The notes beneath the pieces were generated by a model. It saw nothing but the letters and a program-made list of their open reading frames with translations, was not told the DNA's origin and did not search any database. The position numbers were made by a program, and so were the translations under genes. 39,950 nt of DNA from Nostoc sp. DedSLP01 (GTDB lineage: Bacteria > Cyanobacteriota > Cyanobacteriia > Cyanobacteriales > Nostocaceae): positions 1 through 39,950 of the forward strand of contig JAVRCJ020000056.1 of the NCBI GenBank assembly GCA_034530875.2, in the 5' to 3' direction. Below, one piece after another: positions 36,864 to 39,950 of the stretch. The first letter of the stretch is position 1, and every line of letters begins with the position of its first letter.

Positions 36864-37231
36864 AAATTCTACTCATATAAGCACTAATTAAAAGTTTTTT
36901 TATGCAGTACTTATTACTAATTCTTCAGTGTTAAAAATACTAACCAAACTGATAAAAACTTTAGCTTAATTCCAAAATATGCCAACTCTAGTTGTTCAGC
37001 TAGTTTAGCTACTTATACCAATTAACTAAAACTATGAAGCAGATAGAAGCTTTGAAAAGCTTGCTGTGTCTAAGTTTTTAATTGTGAATTGTAGGTTGTG
37101 AATTGTGATTATCTGTATCAATACAGACATTTTGAAGCTCAATTCAGTAATCGATCTCCTGCTAAAAGTTTTTCCTCTACAGATATTTCTATTATTCCCT
37201 GTTTTTACAACAATTTCAGTTACAAGAAATT

Positions 37232-38029
37232 ATGAGTGAGAAATTTAACATGTTAAGAACAATCAAGTGGCAAAAATTAAATGACTGTGAAATGAATAAT
37301 CAAAATTTCCAAGCATTGCTGAAAAACGAGATTCCATCAATTCGCATTCCTAAATTTGCTTCATCTGAAGAATGTAACAAATTAGCTCTAGCAATTGAAA
37401 AAGTTGGCTTTGATTTTTATAGAAATGTGGAGCCACCAATAGGAAGAATTGGAATTACTCAATTTGAATATAGAAATAGGGATAAGTTAGGATATTTTGA
37501 TGCAGTTAAAAAAGCCAACACAACTTACAATCAGGTAACTTCTTTATCTTTTGACCCGCTAAAACGTTTGGCAACAACTCTGCGCCAAAATGTCTCAAGT
37601 AAAGTCAAAATTGCTTATGAAGATGAAGCTTATGGAGATTATTTTGCAGGATTAATCCGTCAGATTAATATTGCCTTACTACACATAGACTTTGCTCAAT
37701 TAGATGCTCCAAATTGGAGAATAGGAAATATTACTTCACAGCTAGTATGGAATCTTTATGTTAAAGCACCTAGCCAAGGAGGTATCTGCAAAGTCTACAA
37801 TCGACAGTGGCAACCCAAAGATGAAAAATATAAAATTCCTGATTCCTATGGCTACGATTCTTCTTTAGTAGCTAACTCAGAAGTAAAACATAATATTCCA
37901 CTCATCGGAGATTTAGTCATCTTCAACAGCCGGAATTTTCATGAAGTCTTACCAGGCATTGGAGAACGTATAACAATTAGCTCTTTTATTGGACAAATGC
38001 CGGGAGGTGATTTAGTTTTTTGGTCATAA
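37232..38029 (+). CDS. Second Fe(II)/2-oxoglutarate amino-acid dioxygenase, paralogue of 33875-34666 (candidate proline or methylproline hydroxylase)
   Basis: 265 aa. Shares blocks with the first dioxygenase: IPxIRxxxFAxxEEC, GITxFEY, YxAGLIRxI, LHIDFA, RQWQPxDExYK, DSYGY, NFHxV, terminal FWS. Start codon uncertain (several Met). Confidence 0.85.
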   Translation: MSEKFNMLRTIKWQKLNDCEMNNQNFQALLKNEIPSIRIPKFASSEECNKLALAIEKVGFDFYRNVEPPIGRIGITQFEYRNRDKLGYFDAVKKANTTYNQVTSLSFDPLKRLATTLRQNVSSKVKIAYEDEAYGDYFAGLIRQINIALLHIDFAQLDAPNWRIGNITSQLVWNLYVKAPSQGGICKVYNRQWQPKDEKYKIPDSYGYDSSLVANSEVKHNIPLIGDLVIFNSRNFHEVLPGIGERITISSFIGQMPGGDLVFWS

Positions 38030-38169
38030 ATTATTTGATAGAATACAAAATAGACAGTTGTACTACATCAAAGAAGCTAGTGAATATGATTTAAGAAATG
38101 AATATCACAACACAACCATTAAAGAAAGTCAAAAAAACAATTCTTGACCGAGTAATAAAAAGCCTGAAC

Positions 38170-38895
38170 TTACTCAAATTTATAACTGACCTTGAAATTT
38201 CCTTTTTGGCGTTTGGCTTTAGTAATTATTACACTTTTTAATTCATTAAGTGATTTTAAATGAGTTCCTCCACATGGTGTTGGATGAAGATTGCCAATTG
38301 TGACAACTCGTAAAGGTTTGCCTGGAGGTAAATTACTAGGAATATTAGACCAACGCGCTGCTAATTCTTCTGGTGTAATTCGTGAAGCTTCTACATTAGT
38401 GGCTTTATTTAAAGCTTCACTAATTTTTGTATTAACTTCAGCAATAAATGTTTCCATATTTTCCAATGAAGGGCTGCCTTGAAACTCTACATAGGAACCA
38501 TCGGGAAAATGATATCCTTTAACTGCAATTAAGTTTTGATCGAGGGATTCAACTATAGTGTACATAAGATGTCCAGCCGTATGAGCCTTAGCATTTTGCA
38601 TCCGACGAGCTTCATCAACATATAAAGTTACCTCTTCGCCTTTTTCTAAAGATACCGATGAAAAGTTTCCATAATGACGAACTTCTCCATCTACAAAGCT
38701 TACAAAAGTGATGGGAATCTGAACTCTTTTGGCTTCAATAGTACCTACATCCGAAGGTTGACCACCACCTTGCGGATAAAATATAGTGCTATCAAGTACG
38801 CAATAATAACCACGCTCATCATTGGCAATATACTCAAAGTGAGCTTTATCGCTGAATTTATAAGTATCTTCAAGATAGGCAAGCACTGTGGACAT
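38170..38895 (-). CDS. alaX: Free-standing alanyl-tRNA editing protein (AlaX/AlaXp, medium type)
   Basis: 241 aa. N-terminal LDSTIFYPQGGGQPSDVG; Zn motifs HTAGH and CGGTH; no aminoacylation domain. Confidence 0.88.
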   Translation of the reverse strand: MSTVLAYLEDTYKFSDKAHFEYIANDERGYYCVLDSTIFYPQGGGQPSDVGTIEAKRVQIPITFVSFVDGEVRHYGNFSSVSLEKGEEVTLYVDEARRMQNAKAHTAGHLMYTIVESLDQNLIAVKGYHFPDGSYVEFQGSPSLENMETFIAEVNTKISEALNKATNVEASRITPEELAARWSNIPSNLPPGKPLRVVTIGNLHPTPCGGTHLKSLNELKSVIITKAKRQKGNFKVSYKFE

Positions 38896-38991
38896 AGATA
38901 AATCTTTCTATTTAACTCTGATAACAATCATTTAGAAAAAGACAAGAAATCACAAAGAAATAAACTACTTGAATACCCAGTTTATGCTTAA

Positions 38992-39112
38992 GGAATTTCC
39001 AAAAAATAAATTATCCAGTCTTGTGAGATGGGTGTCTTGCCCACCCGTTGATAGGGGTGGACAAGATGTCCACCTCACAAGAAAAGTTGTATATTTTTTA
39101 TTTAGAAGTCCC
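38992..39112. mobile_element. MITE-like element (about 121 bp) with a long internal GC-rich hairpin
   Basis: Imperfect terminal repeats ggaatttccaaaa / atttagaagtccc flanked by TAA on both sides. Inner stem tcttgtgagatgggtgtcttgcccaccc (39019-39046) / gggtggacaagatgtccacctcacaaga (39055-39082). Confidence 0.72.
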
Positions 39113-39238
39113 TAAATTAAAAGTATTTTTACTAAAATAGGTAAGTCATTTTCAGTACTACCTTTAATTTTAAATGAACTAGTACGACAAACATAAGCAT
39201 TAAGCTTATAGTTCAGTAATTTACAAATTATAACATTA

Positions 39239-39375
39239 GATCTGATTCGTAAAGAAAATATTAAGGATACTCAACTCATTACTATGTCTGGGTTTCAGCG
39301 AATAAGTGATGTATTGGCTCAAACTCTTGCAACCCTTACAAGACAACTACTTTACTTGAGTTTACAAATTAGCTC
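39239..39375. mobile_element. MITE-like element (137 bp), copy 1
   Basis: Imperfect 15-bp terminal inverted repeats gatctgattcgtaaa / tttacaaattagctc, with TTA on both sides (putative target duplication). Confidence 0.72.
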
Positions 39376-39417
39376 TTAAGTTAGAAGGAACCCATAGAGA
39401 TTTACCATTTTAAAGTA

Positions 39418-39807
39418 TTACAAGTTATCATAGTCTGTAAGATCAATTTCGTCTCCTGTTAAAGTATTTTTAATTTTGACAATATTTATTATAGAAGTAG
39501 GATAGAAAAGAAAAACATATCCTTCTTCTACCGTTCCATAATAAACTTCTACTTGTTGTCCAGTTTCTAATTGCTTCCTAATTTTACTTAATTGATTTTG
39601 ACTAAGTTTTTCTCCGTCGAAAAATCTTTTTCCTGTTTCTAATTCTTGTATAATTATACGCTCTTCTATTTTTCGTTTCCACTGAATGTATTTTAAATAT
39701 TGCTCGCCAGAAACCTTAAAAATAATTTCATCTATTTCAGCTTCAGGTAGAATTACTTCTTCATTATTAACTTGTAAAACCAGTTTATCTTTATAATGTT
39801 TAGTCAT
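39418..39807 (-). CDS. Hypothetical protein, 129 aa
   Basis: A long open frame in very AT-rich DNA with protein-like composition; no motif recognised with confidence. Confidence 0.7.
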   Translation of the reverse strand: MTKHYKDKLVLQVNNEEVILPEAEIDEIIFKVSGEQYLKYIQWKRKIEERIIIQELETGKRFFDGEKLSQNQLSKIRKQLETGQQVEVYYGTVEEGYVFLFYPTSIINIVKIKNTLTGDEIDLTDYDNL

Positions 39808-39874
39808 AATTTACTATATATTTTTAATATAAATCAGGCTGAACTAATGTATAAAGTAGGAAATCAAGATATTA

Positions 39875-39950
39875 GAGCTGATTCGTAAAGAAAATCTTAA
39901 GGGTACTCAACTCATTACTAGGTCTGAGTTTCAGCGAACAAGTGCTGTAT
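39875..39950. mobile_element. MITE-like element, copy 2 (truncated by the window edge)
   Basis: 39871-39950 matches 39235-39314 at 73 of 80 positions in the same orientation, and is also preceded by TTA. Confidence 0.75.

Noticed and set aside
37013..37120. Possible decayed MITE with AATTGTG heptamers between nosF and the second dioxygenase
   Set aside because: Only about 4 degenerate heptamers and a weak inverted repeat are visible; ends and target duplication cannot be defined.

Overview
Cyanobacterial DNA, probably Nostoc-like (many HIP1 GCGATCGC octamers, heptamer tandem repeats, short dispersed repeats). About 32 kb of the window is a hybrid NRPS/PKS assembly line on the minus strand: NRPS1 (32377-24692, C-A-T-C-A-NMT-T), NRPS2 (24689-14847, docking domain plus 3 C-A-T modules), a PKS (14850-10609, KS-AT-CMT-ACP, no KR) and NRPS3 (from 10554, open off the left edge and so missing from the ORF track; docking domain, 3 C-A-T modules, then another C). 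A-domain codes read by eye predict Gln-like, N-Me-Ile, Tyr, modified Pro, Leu plus a C-methylated ketide, Phe, Thr (probably dehydrated to Dhb), Pro/4-MePro, and more beyond the window. No TE is visible. Transcribed divergently is a 4-methylproline cassette (LdoA-like Fe/2OG dioxygenase, nosE, nosF) plus a second paralogous dioxygenase. An AlaX-type tRNA trans-editing gene and an orphan gene between two MITE copies follow. The divergent intergenic region holds two decayed IS66 fragments. Highlights: a duplicated A domain whose specificity code differs only at position 239 (Trp vs Ser; Phe vs Tyr), several small mobile repeats inserted in frame in the NRPS genes (one triply nested, one splitting a HIP1 site), and a possible self-protection editing enzyme. 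Substrate calls are predictions, and no database search was possible.
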